Shown here: positions 1 through 13,609 of the stretch, piece by piece
Layout: every line of letters begins with the position of its first letter
How positions within the stretch are numbered: the stretch's first letter is position 1
Source of the DNA: Piromyces finnis finn
Lineage: Eukaryota; Fungi; Neocallimastigomycota
Length of the DNA stretch: 64,000 bases
Reading direction: 5' to 3'
Assembly (NCBI GenBank): GCA_002104945.1
Contig: MCFH01000033.1
Span: 62,001 to 126,000, forward strand
Notes under the pieces: model-generated
Database searches by the model: none
What the model was told of the DNA's origin: nothing
The model's input: only the letters and a program-made list of their open reading frames with translations
Made by a program: the position numbers and the translations under genes

Positions 1-1433
1 CTATTACTATTACTATTACTATTACTATTACTATATAATAATATCAATACATTATTATAACTAAAACTTTTTACTTGTATCTATAAAATTTTAAGAATTT
101 CTATGAAATATCTTACTTTATAATTAAAAAAAAAGTGGTTTAATATTGTTTCCTTTTTTAGTTTTTTTTAAATATTAAAAGTATCCATGGTGAATTTAGT
201 AAAAATAAATATTTAATAAAAAAAGCAACATTTCATTCTTTAGTTTTACATTAAACCTTTGCTATAATTTTTTTTATAATAATAATAAAATATTTTTATA
301 GTTTTATGAAAAATATGAGTTAAAGTTTTAATTAAAAAAAAAAAGCTTGCTTTAAATGAGGATGGGTAAAAGTATTTAATAAATGTTTTATTTTCACTAC
401 AATTCTTTATTATTAATGTCATTTTTATGGTTAATCTTTCCTTTTCAAAGAATAAAAAAAAAAATAAATATGATGTATTTCATTGGCACACTTTTGCCTA
501 TCAATAATTTGAGGAATGCTTGTTAAAAATAGTTAGAATTTATCATTATAAACTGAGTCGCTCTACCATTACTTTTTTCATAAAAAATCAAGACTTTAAA
601 TAATACACCAAGCAAATTTCTTTTTTTGTGGAAATTTGCTAAAAAGAGCATTGCAACCAAAATTCATTTTACCAGAATTTTTAGCCAACAGTTTTTTAAA
701 CTCTACCACAACTTTTTAGCAACAATAAATTTTTTCCAATTACAACCAAAACCAAAACCAGAAAAAAAAATTCAAAAATTTGTCCAGAAAATTGGTTTTC
801 ATTTATTTTTTAATTAAAATATTTATAATATATGTAATTATATATGTATTAATATATTAAATATAATTTGTAAATATATTACAAAATACTAATATTATGT
901 TATTATATATTTTTATATAAATTTTTATATTATTTCATGGTTTGTATCACTTTTAAAATTAACCAATAGAATGAATCGAAAATTTCTTTTTTTACTTTTA
1001 ATTAAAAATTAATTAAAATAATATATTTTGTAAATGTTTTATTTCATTTTATTATTAATTAAGGTTTATTATTCTATTTCGTTTTAAAAAAAAATAAAAA
1101 TAATTAAAAAAAAATGGCATCATCAATTTTTTTTATGCCTCACCCATAAAAGAAAAATTGTAAAATTTCAATTTAAAAAAAATTTTTTATTATATATATA
1201 AATAATAAAAGAAAAGAAAAAAAAATTTTTTTTTTTTTTGAACATTTAAAAAAATAAACATTTAAAAAAAAAAAAAGTTAAAAAAGAAGTCATCGATTAT
1301 TTAATTAAAGAAAAAAAAATAAAAAACTTTTTTTTTTTGTTTACATCATTAATATAAAATTAAAATAAATTAAAATAATATAATATATAATATAAATATA
1401 AATATAAATATACATTTTATAAATAATATCAAA

Positions 1434-3199
1434 ATGAAATATTTATTACCAATTACTACTCTTGTAGCTTCTGCTTTATTAGCTACTAATGTTGAAGCTA
1501 GATGGCAAGCAACACCAGGTCATACCTGGGATTATCTTCTTGGTGCTGAAGAAAGCGTAATGTAAGAAAATCAAAAAAGAAAAAGATATATCTGCATATA
1601 TATAAATTTGAAATTAAATACAATCCATCTATCATCTATAAAATAATTAAATGGAACAATTATTATTATTATTATTTTTTTTTTGTTAAAAATATTTTTC
1701 TATATTATTGAAATTTCTGTATTATTAAAATAGTAAAGCAAGTAAACAAGATGTTGTCACTATTGATCTTGAAAAAGCTGAAAAATTTGTACCATACCTT
1801 CATAGTAGGGGTCAAAGAGCTATTTGTTATTTCTCTGGTGGTACCACTGAACATCGTGCTTACGATAGAGAAGCATACCAAAAATCTGGTCTTGCTTTAG
1901 GTGGTAATGGTGATGGTTGGGGTAACCAATGGCTTGATATTAGAAATAAAGCTAAACTTCAACCTTTAATTAGAAAACGTATGCAAAGAGCTCGTAGTTA
2001 TGGCTGTGATGCCGTTGAAGTTGACTGTCTTGGTATTTACCATTATCGTAGTGATTATACCAAGGAAGATTCTTATGTCTTTGCTAAATGGGTTGCTGAA
2101 ACTGCCCATCAAGAAGGTATTTCTATTGGTCTTAAGAATGTTGCTGGTATCTCCCAAAGATTAGAACCATACTTTGATTTCGCTGTTGTTGAAAGTTGTG
2201 CTGAATCACCAAACTTGTGTAAATTATACACTCAATTCACTGATCATAATAAGGCTGTTTTCATTGTTCACTACGGAAACCGTGGTCACAAACTTTCTGG
2301 ATCCTCATTAAAAAATTTAATCAAGGAACAAGGTGGTCACCGTTTCACTTGTGTCATAAGTCCACACGAAAACTTACATAACAATAGTATTAACTATGAT
2401 TGTAGTACTGGTTCTTCTGCCAGCTCAAGTAAGTTGTATTTTAAAAAAGGATGAACTATAAAAAAAATAATATAAAAATTTATTGGACCATTTTAAAAAG
2501 AATCATAAATTAATTTTAAAAAATGTAAAATGGATGAAAACTAAAAAAAAATTTTTTTCATATATTTTATGTTTATTAGGTGGTAATGGTCAAAGTATTA
2601 CTACTCAAAAGCAAACTACTACTGTTAAGAAGACTACTACTGTCAAGTTAACTACTGCTGCTAAGACTATTGCAACCCCAGTAAACTCAAACACTAAAAC
2701 TCCAGCCAAACAAGTTATTCCATCCAACCCAAGTAACAATGGTTCTGTTGTTTCTCCAAGTGGAAAGGCTGTTGGTCCAAATGCTGGTACTGTTGTTCCA
2801 GGTGCTCCAGTTACTCCAAATACTAAGACTGCTGCCCCAGGTGCTCCAGTTGCTCCAGTTGCTCCAGTTGCTCCAGGTGCTCCAGGTGCTCCAGTTGCTC
2901 CAGGTGCTTCAGTTGCTCCAGGTGCTCCAGTTGCTCCAGTTGCTCCAGGTGCTCAAGTTGTTCCAGTTGTTCCAGGTACTTCTAATGGTCCAGCCACTAA
3001 ACAACCAGTCTTAACTGGTAACAATAACAATGATGCTGTTGTTGATAAGGAAGTCAAGGATAACAGCAAGGATGATGAAGGAAGTGGTGTTGGTACTACT
3101 GTTGCTATTATTGCTGGTGGTGTTGCTACTGCTGCCGCTGCTGGTTTCATTTTCCTTAAGAAGAATAAGAAATACAACTCTGACAGTCTTGTCTATTAA
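1434..3199 (+). CDS. GH114 (endo-alpha-1,4-polygalactosaminidase-like) type I membrane protein, copy 1; join(1434..1561,1734..2428,2580..3199), 480 aa
   Basis: Signal peptide [26 protein letters not shown] introns join in frame. GH114-type motifs [32 protein letters not shown]. Then Thr/Pro-rich stalk with PGAPVAPVA repeats, C-terminal TM helix and short basic tail. Confidence 0.85.
2826..2966 (+). repeat. Coding 9-bp tandem repeat (GCTCCAG(T/G)T)n encoding APV/APG units
   Basis: Repeated gctccagtt/gctccaggt units in exon 3 of GH114 copy 1; boundaries approximate. Confidence 0.85.
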
Positions 3200-4637
3200 T
3201 GAGTGTATTTTTTTCTCATTTTAAAAACAACATGAATTCAAAATTATAGATAGCTATTGGAGGAGGAATAGATTAATGATAATATTAAATAATTATATCA
3301 CCACTCTCCAAAAAATATATATATATATAGTTTAAAATTAATCTTGATAGATGAAATAAAAATGTAATTTTGAGTTTTCCTTTTTTTTTTTCTTTTATAC
3401 AAAAGAGGATGACATTAAAAAAACAATAGTTTAGAAAAAGTAATAAAATATTAGTAAAGTGACATAAAATCATGGACTACCGATGAAGTTAAAATAATTA
3501 TTGTTATTCATTCAGAATAGTCGTAGGATGATTATTCACAATTACACATAGATTTTTTAATCTCTAGGTTTAAAAAGATAGTTACATTAATAAATCAATC
3601 TACAAAAAGGTATCTTTTTATTCCTTCTTTTCCATAATTCATTGTTATGGAACTAAACTATCCTTTAATAAAAAAATTTATTAAGATTAATCAGTATTTT
3701 TTTTTTTTTCATATCAAATTTCTTGGCTTCATTTTAAAATGATGGTAATTTACGTTGTCTATTTATGGCTATTCCTATGGATGTATCATAGTAAAAAGGA
3801 TTAAAAATATTATAAATGTATATAATATAATAATATATAATGCAATATAATGCTAATGTATTATATATAATATTATTTTGTATCCAAATTCGTTAAAAAT
3901 TTAATTTAATCTAAAAGAAATGGTCAAACCTTAATTTATAATAAAAAGAAGTATTGAAGATTCTTAGAAGGATTGTAAAAAAATTTTTTTTATATTATTC
4001 ATTCCTACAATCTAAAAGATAAAGACTTTTCTCCCTTCTTCGGTTAAAGCCATTTTAAATATTTTAAATGAATGAGAAACCATTTTTTAAAAGTTTATAA
4101 TATACCCATCGTGAATAAAAAGGATGAAAAAAAAAGGACATCTTTTATCCATTCCTTTTTTTTTTTTATGATATATAAATTTTAGTATTATTTTATAATC
4201 TCTCATTTAAAAAAAAAATATATATATATATTTTGCAATTCCGAAAGAATAAAGGATGATTTTATACTATAAAAATGACTATAAAAACAAAACTAATTTC
4301 CTGTATTTATCTATCTATCGAAAAAAAATATATATATATATCCATTAATATCAAGTTTTTTTTTTATTTTTATGGTTTAAAACTACCAAAAAGAGTATTA
4401 AAAAAAAAAGTCCTAAAAAAAAAATAATAAAAAAATTTCTTTTTGAATTTTAATTAAGAAAAGATTTAATTAAAAAAAAAAAAAACTTTTTTAATATTAT
4501 TTTAACTTTAAAACTTTTTTTTTTTTAATTTATTTTAATATTTCCTTTTTTATAAAATTAGTTTAAATAAAAAAAATATTTTTTTTTTTTTTTTGATGTG
4601 AACTTTAGCACTATAAAAATCCAAAAAAAAGGTTTAA

Positions 4638-4676
<39 letters not shown>

Positions 4677-4958
4677 CTATATACAATTATATAATAAACG
4701 ATAAAAAAAAGAAAAAAAGAAAAAAAATAAAATTTTAAAAATTACTTTTTCTTTTTTTTTTTAAAATAAAATTAAAAAAAATAAAAAATAATTTAATATA
4801 ATATAATATAATATATACTTTTTTTTTTATAATAATACTATTATTATTAAATATTATTATAAAAAAAAAAAAAAAAAAAGCAATAAAATAATAAAAATAG
4901 ATTAAATTTAAAAAAAAAAATAAAATAAAATAAAAATATATATATTTATATATTAAAC

Positions 4959-6774
4959 ATGAAATTCAATTTATCCATTACTGCACTTGTCGCTTCTGTT
5001 TTATTAGCCACTAATGTTGAGGCTAGATGGCAACCAACTCCAGGTCTTACTTGGGATTATCTTCTTGGTGCAAAAGATGACGTTGTGTAGGTTAAAGTTT
5101 TAAAAATAAAAATATATATAATATATTAATAATAATAATATATTTATATATATGAAAAAAAAAAAAAAAAACTGGTAATAATATGTATATTATATATAAT
5201 GTGTATAATTTAAAATTGTATTATTATTTAAACATTATTACTATAGTAAAGCAAGTAAGCAACAAGTGGTTACTTTTGACCTTGAACAAGCCGAAAGACT
5301 TGTTCCTTATGTTCATAGCAAGGGTCAAAAAGCTATTTGTTATTTCTCTGGTGGTACTACGGAACACCGTGCTTACGATAGAGAAGAATATCAAAAGTCG
5401 GGTCTTGCTTTAGGTGGAAATGGTGATGATTGGGGTAACCAATGGCTTGATATTAGAAATAAAGCTAAACTTCAACCTTTAATTAGAAAACGTATGCAAA
5501 GAGCTCGTAGTTATGGCTGTGATGCCGTTGAAGTTGACTGTCTTGGTATTTACCATTATCGTAGTGATTATACCAAGGAAGATTCTTATGTCTTTGCTAA
5601 ATGGGTTGCTGAAACTGCCCATCAAGAAGGTATTTCTATTGGTCTTAAGAATGTTGCTGGAATTGCTGAAAGTTTAGAACCTTACTTTGATTTTGCCGTC
5701 GTTGAAAGTTGTGCTAAGGGAAATACCTGTAAAAATTATAAAAATTTCACTCAACATCAAAAAGCAGTTTTTATTGTTCATTACGGAGAATCTTTTACCC
5801 TTTCCGGATCCTCCTTAAATACATTAATTGAAGCTCAAAAAGGAATGCACTTTACCTGTGTCTTTAGTCAAAATAATAAATTACACGATAATGTCACTAA
5901 TTATGATTGTAATTCTGGATCAACTATTTCAGGTAAGGTTTTTCATTACAATTAAAGTAGATAGAATTTTAATACTTTTGAAACAGAATGAAAAAAAAAA
6001 AAGTGAAATAATATGAAAAGATAAAAAGTAAAGAATGAAAGGATAAATAATAAATAATATAAAAATAAATATATAATATAAAATAAAATAAATGATAGAA
6101 AATAAAATAAATGATATAGAATGATAAATAATATGGAAGAATAAGAAATATGGAAGAATAAGAAATAAAAGATAATAAATTATATAGAATAAACAATAGT
6201 ACTATAAATTTTAAATATTTCATTATTGACAATAATGAATTCCTATCAAGAAAAAAAAATTTATTCGAAAAAAATAAAAACTCATTATATTTTTAAATTT
6301 TATTCTACTACTACATTCCATATAAAAAAAAAAAAAAAAAAAAAAACTTTTTTTTTTTTGGTATCTTAAGGTGGAAAACTTTCAACAACATCATCAACAA
6401 CAACAACACTTGCTGCTATGCCTACTACTACAACCGTTGCTGCATCATCAACACCTTCCAATGGTGTTGTTGCACCAGCAACTCCAGCAGCTCCAGGAAC
6501 ACCTATGGTACCAGGAAATGCAACTGACCCAACTACTGGACAACCTCTTTTATCGAATGTTACCACTGGTAGTAGTAATACAACAGAACCAAAGGTTCTT
6601 CAAGAATTAGGTTACCATGTCTCCACCGAAAAAGAAGACAATAATAATAATATAATAAGTGCTATGGTTGCTATTGTTGCTACGGGTGGAGTAGCTACAG
6701 CTGCTGTAGCAGGTTTTATTTTTGTAAAGAAAAATAAAAGATTCTCTTCAAAAGATGCAAGTCTTGATATCTAA
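4959..6774 (+). CDS. GH114 type I membrane protein, copy 2; join(4959..5086,5247..5932,6371..6774), 405 aa
   Basis: Same three-exon structure and intron phases as copy 1. Signal peptide [22 protein letters not shown], same motifs, shorter T/P/A stalk, TM MVAIVATGGVATAAVAGFIFV followed by KKNKR. Confidence 0.85.
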
Positions 6775-7590
6775 GCAAAAAAAAAAAATCTTATTATTAC
6801 CTTGTATATTCAAAGAAGAAAGAGGGGGAATTTTTTTCTTTTTTTTTTTTTTTTTTTTTTTTTTATTCTATTCTATTATCCTTAGAAATAAATAAAAATA
6901 ATAAAAAAAAAAAAAAAAACTAAAAATAATAAACTAAAAATAAAATATATACGTATCCTTTTCTTTACCCTTAAAAATTTAAATTTTAAAAATGGTGTGT
7001 CTTGATAAAAGTGTTTTATAAAAAAAAAAGTGAATAAAAAAAAAAAAAAAAAAAAAGAAGAGAGGAAATTAACACTTTTTTTTTTTTGTATTGCTAGTAT
7101 TTCAAGATTTAAGCTTTTTAAATTGGTTGTTGAAGAGTTTATTTATTGATTGATTGATTGATTGATTTTATTTATTATTTTGTTTTTATATTTTACATTT
7201 TATATGTTTTTCAAAAGAGATTTATTTTTTGAAAAAAAAAAAAAATAGTATTAATTTTTTTTTTTTAATATTCTATTTTTTATTTTATTATTCTTTTTTT
7301 AATATCGTAAAATCTTTGATTAGTTAGTTGTTCTTTTTTTATTTTTATTTTTATTATTTCCCTCTAAATAACTTGGGAAGACTATTCTTTATATTTTTGA
7401 GGGGAATGAAAAATTTGGTAAAAAAAAAAAAAAAAAAGAAAAAAATTTTTTATTCCTTAATATAATAATATGGAATTTTTTTCTTTTTTTTTATAAAATT
7501 AATAATAATCTATCGTGTTTTTTTTTTTTTTTTACCATTAACCATGTTTTCATTACTAATTGATTTAGAATTAAACATGGTTTTGTTTTG

Positions 7591-7593
<3 letters not shown>

Positions 7594-7650
<57 letters not shown>
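7594..7650. repeat. (TTA)n microsatellite
   Basis: Uninterrupted tta/att run just downstream of the CotH gene; boundaries approximate. Confidence 0.9.
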
Positions 7651-7653
<3 letters not shown>

Positions 7654-7756
7654 TTATTTCAATTGTATATAAAGAGTTGAAACTTTTTTTTTTTTAGTTT
7701 CATTATCTTCAAAATTCGATTTGAATCTTTTTATAGATAGTCTATATCAACCTTTT

Positions 7757-10129
7757 TTAAAGACATTTACCGAAAGCCTTTTGACATCCAGCCTTACAGT
7801 AGTCATTGGTCTTACCACAATAACCATACTTGGAACAACATTGACCACTTGGACATGAACCAAAATTGGAACCACATTGACCATTAGTACTAGTCTTAGT
7901 AGAAGCCTTAGTAGTAGTGGCCTTGGCTTTAGTGGTAGTCTTCTTAGTAGTGGTCTTCTTAGTAGTAGTCTTAGCCTTAGTGGTAGTTTTAGAAATGGTA
8001 GTAGTAGTCTTGGAGTTGGAATTACATTTACCAAATTCAGATTGACATCCAGTACCACAGTATTCAATAGTTTCACCACAATAACCATATTGAGAACAAC
8101 ATTGACCACTTGGACATTTACCCTTTCCCTTACCACAGAGACCATCATAGTAAGTGTTATCACTACCAGAACTACCAGAAGAAGAAGGTTCAAAAGACTT
8201 ACCTAAATCAATGTTTAAACCAAATTCCTTTTTAAGAGCAGCAACTCTCAAGTAGACAAATTGCTTGATACCATAACTAGCACCATGACCAGCAGCAGTA
8301 TTAATATTAGTATCAAAATCTTTAATAGTCCAAACAATATTGTGATTAGATCCTTTACGAAGTGGATATTTGTTAACCATTTCATAGTTCCAGGCAACTT
8401 CTTCACGATGACGTTCAACTAAAGCATCTAAACGCTTACCAATAACAGATGGGTTGAAAATCTTAATGACAATGTTTTTAAGAATAGTTTCAAAACGAGC
8501 TCTTTGAGTAGCATTAGATAATAATTTATCAACGGCAAAACGAACTGGAGAATCGTATTCATCAGCACCCCATTTGGCGTTAACATAATCCTTGTAGGAA
8601 TGGTTAATGTAATCCTTGTAATGAACATAGTCAGTAGCAACATTTAAACCAAAAGTACCATCCCAATCTTGGGTGATGAAATAGAACTTGTAGGTGCTTT
8701 GAGTAGATTCAGTTGGATCGTTGTAAACAGCAAAGTTAGAGGAGAAGAACCAGTAAGAATCCCAATCAGCAGTAAGGTATTCTAAAGCAATACCCTTGTA
8801 GAAAGTATCGATATCAAACCATTTTTTACTGAAAGTTTCAACAGCACTCTTATCATTAACATTTAATTTATCGAAAGCTTCAGCAAGCTTCTTAATTCTT
8901 GATCTATCATAGTCACCCTTTGGTTGGAAGGAATAAAAGTCATTACCCTTTAAGTAAAAATCAGCACCAGTAGAACAATCAAAGATTTGACCAACCTTGG
9001 TATTGGTAAGCTTACCATTACTACCATGGAAAGCAGTACGAACAAAGGATTCACTTGCAGCTTCTTCTTGTAAAATGTAATAACCAACACCTCTACCATT
9101 AACGTAAACTCTAGTCTTGACAGATTGAATAGTTGGGTAACCAACAGCATTTAAGATATCACCGTAAAGATCTTGACGCATAAAGGATGGATCTTCATTA
9201 TTATCACGGAATTTTAAGGTGTAACGACCTTCAATACCCTTAGTACCTAAAGTAACCTTAAATTGCATCTTATTCCATTTCTTGTTCTTTGGAGAACATG
9301 GAACATTCTATATAAAATGTAAATATATATTTATTTAAAATATATATAATATAAATCAAATCAGTTTATACCCATATTAACGTATTGAAATACTTTAATG
9401 AAAAAAAAAAAAAAGTGAAAAGTAAAAAACCAAAAAAATATATATATATTTCATTTATATCTATCGATACATACCTTGAAGGTGTAGACACTATCCTTTA
9501 AAATAAAGACAACGTATTCCAAGTAACCACTTGAAGCAGAAGTGGTAGTGAAAATCTTTTCACTAGTATTACCAGAAATATGAACGGTTGGAATGTAAGA
9601 ATCATCAAATAATTCACCCTTATCAACAGCCTTATTCCAAGAATAAAGTTTTGGGAATTGTGGTAAAGTTTTAATGGTGTACTTTCTTCCGTAGAATTCA
9701 TTATGAGTGGTAGTTTCACCCTTAGCTAAGGTACGAGTGAAATCTTCAGAAATACCATCAACTATGTAAGAATAGCTATTATACATATAGCATTATAATT
9801 ATTTTATCATTTATTTATAGAAAAAAAATAATAATTGGTAAAAAAAAAAAAAAAAAATTAATTTTCTTAAACTAATTAATAATATCAAAAAAAATTACTT
9901 TCATTTATAAAACTTACTTAATAGCAGCATCATTAACATTAATAGAAGCTTGGAATAATGGAGTGTAACTGTTAACTTTAGTTAAAGAATAACTTTTACT
10001 ATCAACATTTACTTTAACAGTTTTACCAAAACTGACAACTGAAAATTTAACTTTTCTAGAAGAAACAGTTGATACAAATAAAATAAACAATAAGACTGAA
10101 TATTTGGAAAATGTTGAAAGACAATTCAT
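7757..10129 (-). CDS. Secreted CotH-family kinase-like protein with two C-terminal CBM18 (hevein/chitin-binding) modules; complement(join(7757..9307,9475..9775,9918..10129)), 687 aa
   Basis: Signal peptide. CotH-type motifs [41 protein letters not shown]. Two [21 protein letters not shown]..C..GCQ..FGKC repeats separated by a Thr/Lys linker. Exons join in frame (2064 nt). Confidence 0.88.
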
Positions 10130-12890
10130 TTTGAATAATTTTTTTACTACTTTGTATATAAATAAATTATTCTTTTATTATTTCTTAAATTATTTTTTTT
10201 TTTTTTTTGGTTTTTTTTTTTAATTTTATTGAATTCCTTTTTTTTTTTTTTATTATTATTTTATTATTAGTTCTTTGAAAAAAAAAAAAAATGATAAAAC
10301 CACTTTTTATATATAAATAAAAATAATGTTTCACAAATTATAATTAATAAAGTTTTAATCTACATTTCATTTTTCTAATTTATTTTAAAAAGAAAAAAAA
10401 CGAGTACAAAAATAAAAATATAAATTTTTTTAAAAGTTTTTTTTTTTTCCTATAAAAGAATGGTATTAAAAAAAAAAAAAAGTATAACTAGAAACGTACG
10501 TTAAAAAAACTAATGAATGTAACAAAGTTTAATGATGCTTTCGATTTTTTTTTTTTTTTTTTTTTACCTTTTCCATAACTTTTTTTTTTTTTTTCAATTA
10601 AACTTTTTATAAAGTTTATTATTTTGTGTTCAATGATTATCACAAAATAAAATAGATAAAATTAGTCACAATCATACGGCACAATAATAAAAATTAAAGG
10701 AATAACAAACAATATTAAGAAAAAAAAAAAGAGGGCCATCTTTAATTATTTTCTTAAAAGAAAAAAAAATGAAATATTCATATATTTATAAAAAGAAATA
10801 TTTCAAAACTTTCTATACTTTTTTTTATAAAGTTCAAATGGTAAAAAAAAATAAAAATAAAAATAATTAAAAATTTTAATATAAAACTTGAATAAATTAA
10901 AATTTCATATTTTAATTAAAATTAAATTAAATTTTTTTTTATAAATTATTAAAATTTAAAAAAAAAAAAATTAGAATATTCAAATTTTTATTTTAAATAA
11001 TAATAATAATAAAATAATAAAATAGAAAAAAACGCTTTTTTTTTTTTACCTCGATTCTTTATTCTTTTTTTTTGTTATTTATATATATATATCTAATAAT
11101 TCAATATTCATTTTATTATTTTATAATTTCTACTTTTTTTTTTTTTACAAAAAGTTTTATTTGTGACTGGATCATACTTTATAAACCTTATTTAATAATA
11201 AAATGATTTAATATATTGAAATTGTCAAATAAATGGTCCATTTTTAAAACATAAAAGAATTAATAAAAAATTGGATTTTTTTTCATTTTTTTTTTCTTTA
11301 TAAAAATGAACCATTACTTAGGCTGATGATTCATTATTCACGCCTGTCATAATTACCATGATGGATTGAGGAGAAGGAAAATAAAACATTCTTTTAAAAA
11401 AAATATACATAATGCCGCAATTATTATAGATTCTTAAATGTATATTGAAGAATTTTTTTGATTCAATTTCATTATAAAACAATAAATAGAAAATAAATGA
11501 GACTTTTCATTAGGGAATAGAATAACCTTTTTTTTTTTTCTTTCTATTAAAAGTGATTAATAATTAAGTATAACATGATTTATGATATGTTTATTATTAA
11601 CAAGTTTTTTTTTTTTTTGGTTTATATTGAAATGTATCTCTTTTATATAAAAGGAAAAAGGACAAAAATAATATATGTATTTATATATTTATTATAGATT
11701 CATTTTTCTTTACTATTCATCATAGTATTAATATCAAAATAAAACATATTATTTGAATAGTTTTTATTATTATTAATAACTATACTATTTTTATTATTTC
11801 TATTTTCTTTTTTTTTAAAAAAAAATGAACCATTATTTTTTATATTTCTCTTATATGTAAATATAAAAAATAATTTACACACCCACTATAGTTTTTACTA
11901 TTAAAAACTTTTCAACATCATAGTCGTTAGGGTTTGAAATAATGAAATTTAAATGTTAAATATGTACATGTATGTATACATATGTATACGTATTTTTAAA
12001 ATTTTTTTGAAATAATACTATAATGAAAATAAACTTTGATCCTTCTATAGCGTCGTCATTATTAAATACTACCTCCAATGATTTTCTAACTAAATTTAGG
12101 TAAAGATTTTAGTGTAAATAACATCACCTCATTTTAACATTAATTATGTAAAAAGAAATTATTGAAATATATCTAATGATAATTTATAATACTGTACGAA
12201 TCGAATAGAGCGAAATTTTATTAATCATTTACCCAAATAAAAAGGATAATAAAAAAATAGAATAAAAATAGTTAAAATAAAATATTATCAAAGGATAGAA
12301 TTATATAAATATTTTTTTAAATACGAAAAAAAAACATTATTTTATAGTTATTAAAAGGATAATAATTCAAATATACATTAAATCTTAAAATAAATTCATG
12401 AATAACTTGATTTGAAGTAACGTAAAAATTGGATAAACACAGTGTTGACATTAATTTAATATTCATATAGACGAAACAAGTTTATAATCAAATTTGATTA
12501 TATGAATTTTTGATATTTAAAAAGAAAAATAAAAATATAAAAAATGGTTATTATTACTGATTCAAAAAAAAAAAAGAAAAAGATATATATATGTAAATAT
12601 AACTAATAATAAATTATAAAAAAAAAAAAATCTTAATTTTTATATTATACAAAGTTAAAACTTACAACCAATACAATATTACATTTCTTATTATTCTAAT
12701 AATTCTTAATATTTGCTATTATTATAATTTATTTAAAAAATTAAAAAAATAAAAAAAAAAAGCAATAAATTTAAGCTTTAATATTTATTTTTATCAATTG
12801 CTTTAGCTTTTTGATAATTTTAAAGTAATGATATATTATTATTTTTTAATTTTTAAAATTTAAGCTTAAAATTTTTAAATTAAATTAATA

Positions 12891-12921
<31 letters not shown>

Positions 12922-13011
12922 CCATCAAGAAAAATTAATTTCTCCTACAACACTTTTTAACCTAACTTTATATAATGATATTTTGTTCAAAATTATTTAA
13001 AATAAAAGAAA

Positions 13012-13571
13012 ATGGTTAAATTTTTCATAGTTGTATTAATTAACTTTTTATTATTATTATTGGTAAAAGGAGAGAAATATAGAAAAGAATTATATGTAAA
13101 GTTTAATGATACCATTTTTAATAACTTACAACATTTTGTTAATGATTGTCAAAATTACAATGAGTTATATTTATATTTTACAGATGATTATTATGATATG
13201 AGTATTCTTCCCTATGATGTAGAAATAACAGTTTCTTGGGATATTTATTTTATTGGAAATAAAAATGGAACTGTATTTAACTATAAAAGGGATAGATATG
13301 GAAAAATGATATTTACTTATCCATTGTCAAAAGGATATAAAGTGAAATTCGAAAATATCATTTTGGAAGATTATTATAATAAACTTCGAGGAAATAGATT
13401 AATCAATGTAGTATCAAATTCCAATAATTATTATTTTGAAATGTATAAATGTATTTTTCGAGATATTTCTAGTCCAATTTTTCGAATAAATGTCAATAGT
13501 AATCATCAAGAAAGTTTTAATACCAAAGTTTATATAAATGATTGTAGTTTCATGTAAAAATAAAAATTAAA

Positions 13572-13609
<38 letters not shown>

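Noticed and set aside
626-817. 63-aa ORF
   Set aside because: TTG start, K/F-rich composition typical of AT-rich noise, no motif.
1966-9719. Overlapping or antisense ORFs (1966-2157, 2739-3014, 2953-3177, 6366-6610, 7747-8193, 7877-8206, 8428-8643, 8950-9150, 9498-9719)
   Set aside because: Shadow frames of the GH114 and CotH genes, produced by repetitive codon usage.
11315-11375. Possible C/D snoRNA (CTGATGA...ATGATG...TTGA)
   Set aside because: No proper CTGA D box adjacent to a guide and only weak rRNA complementarity.
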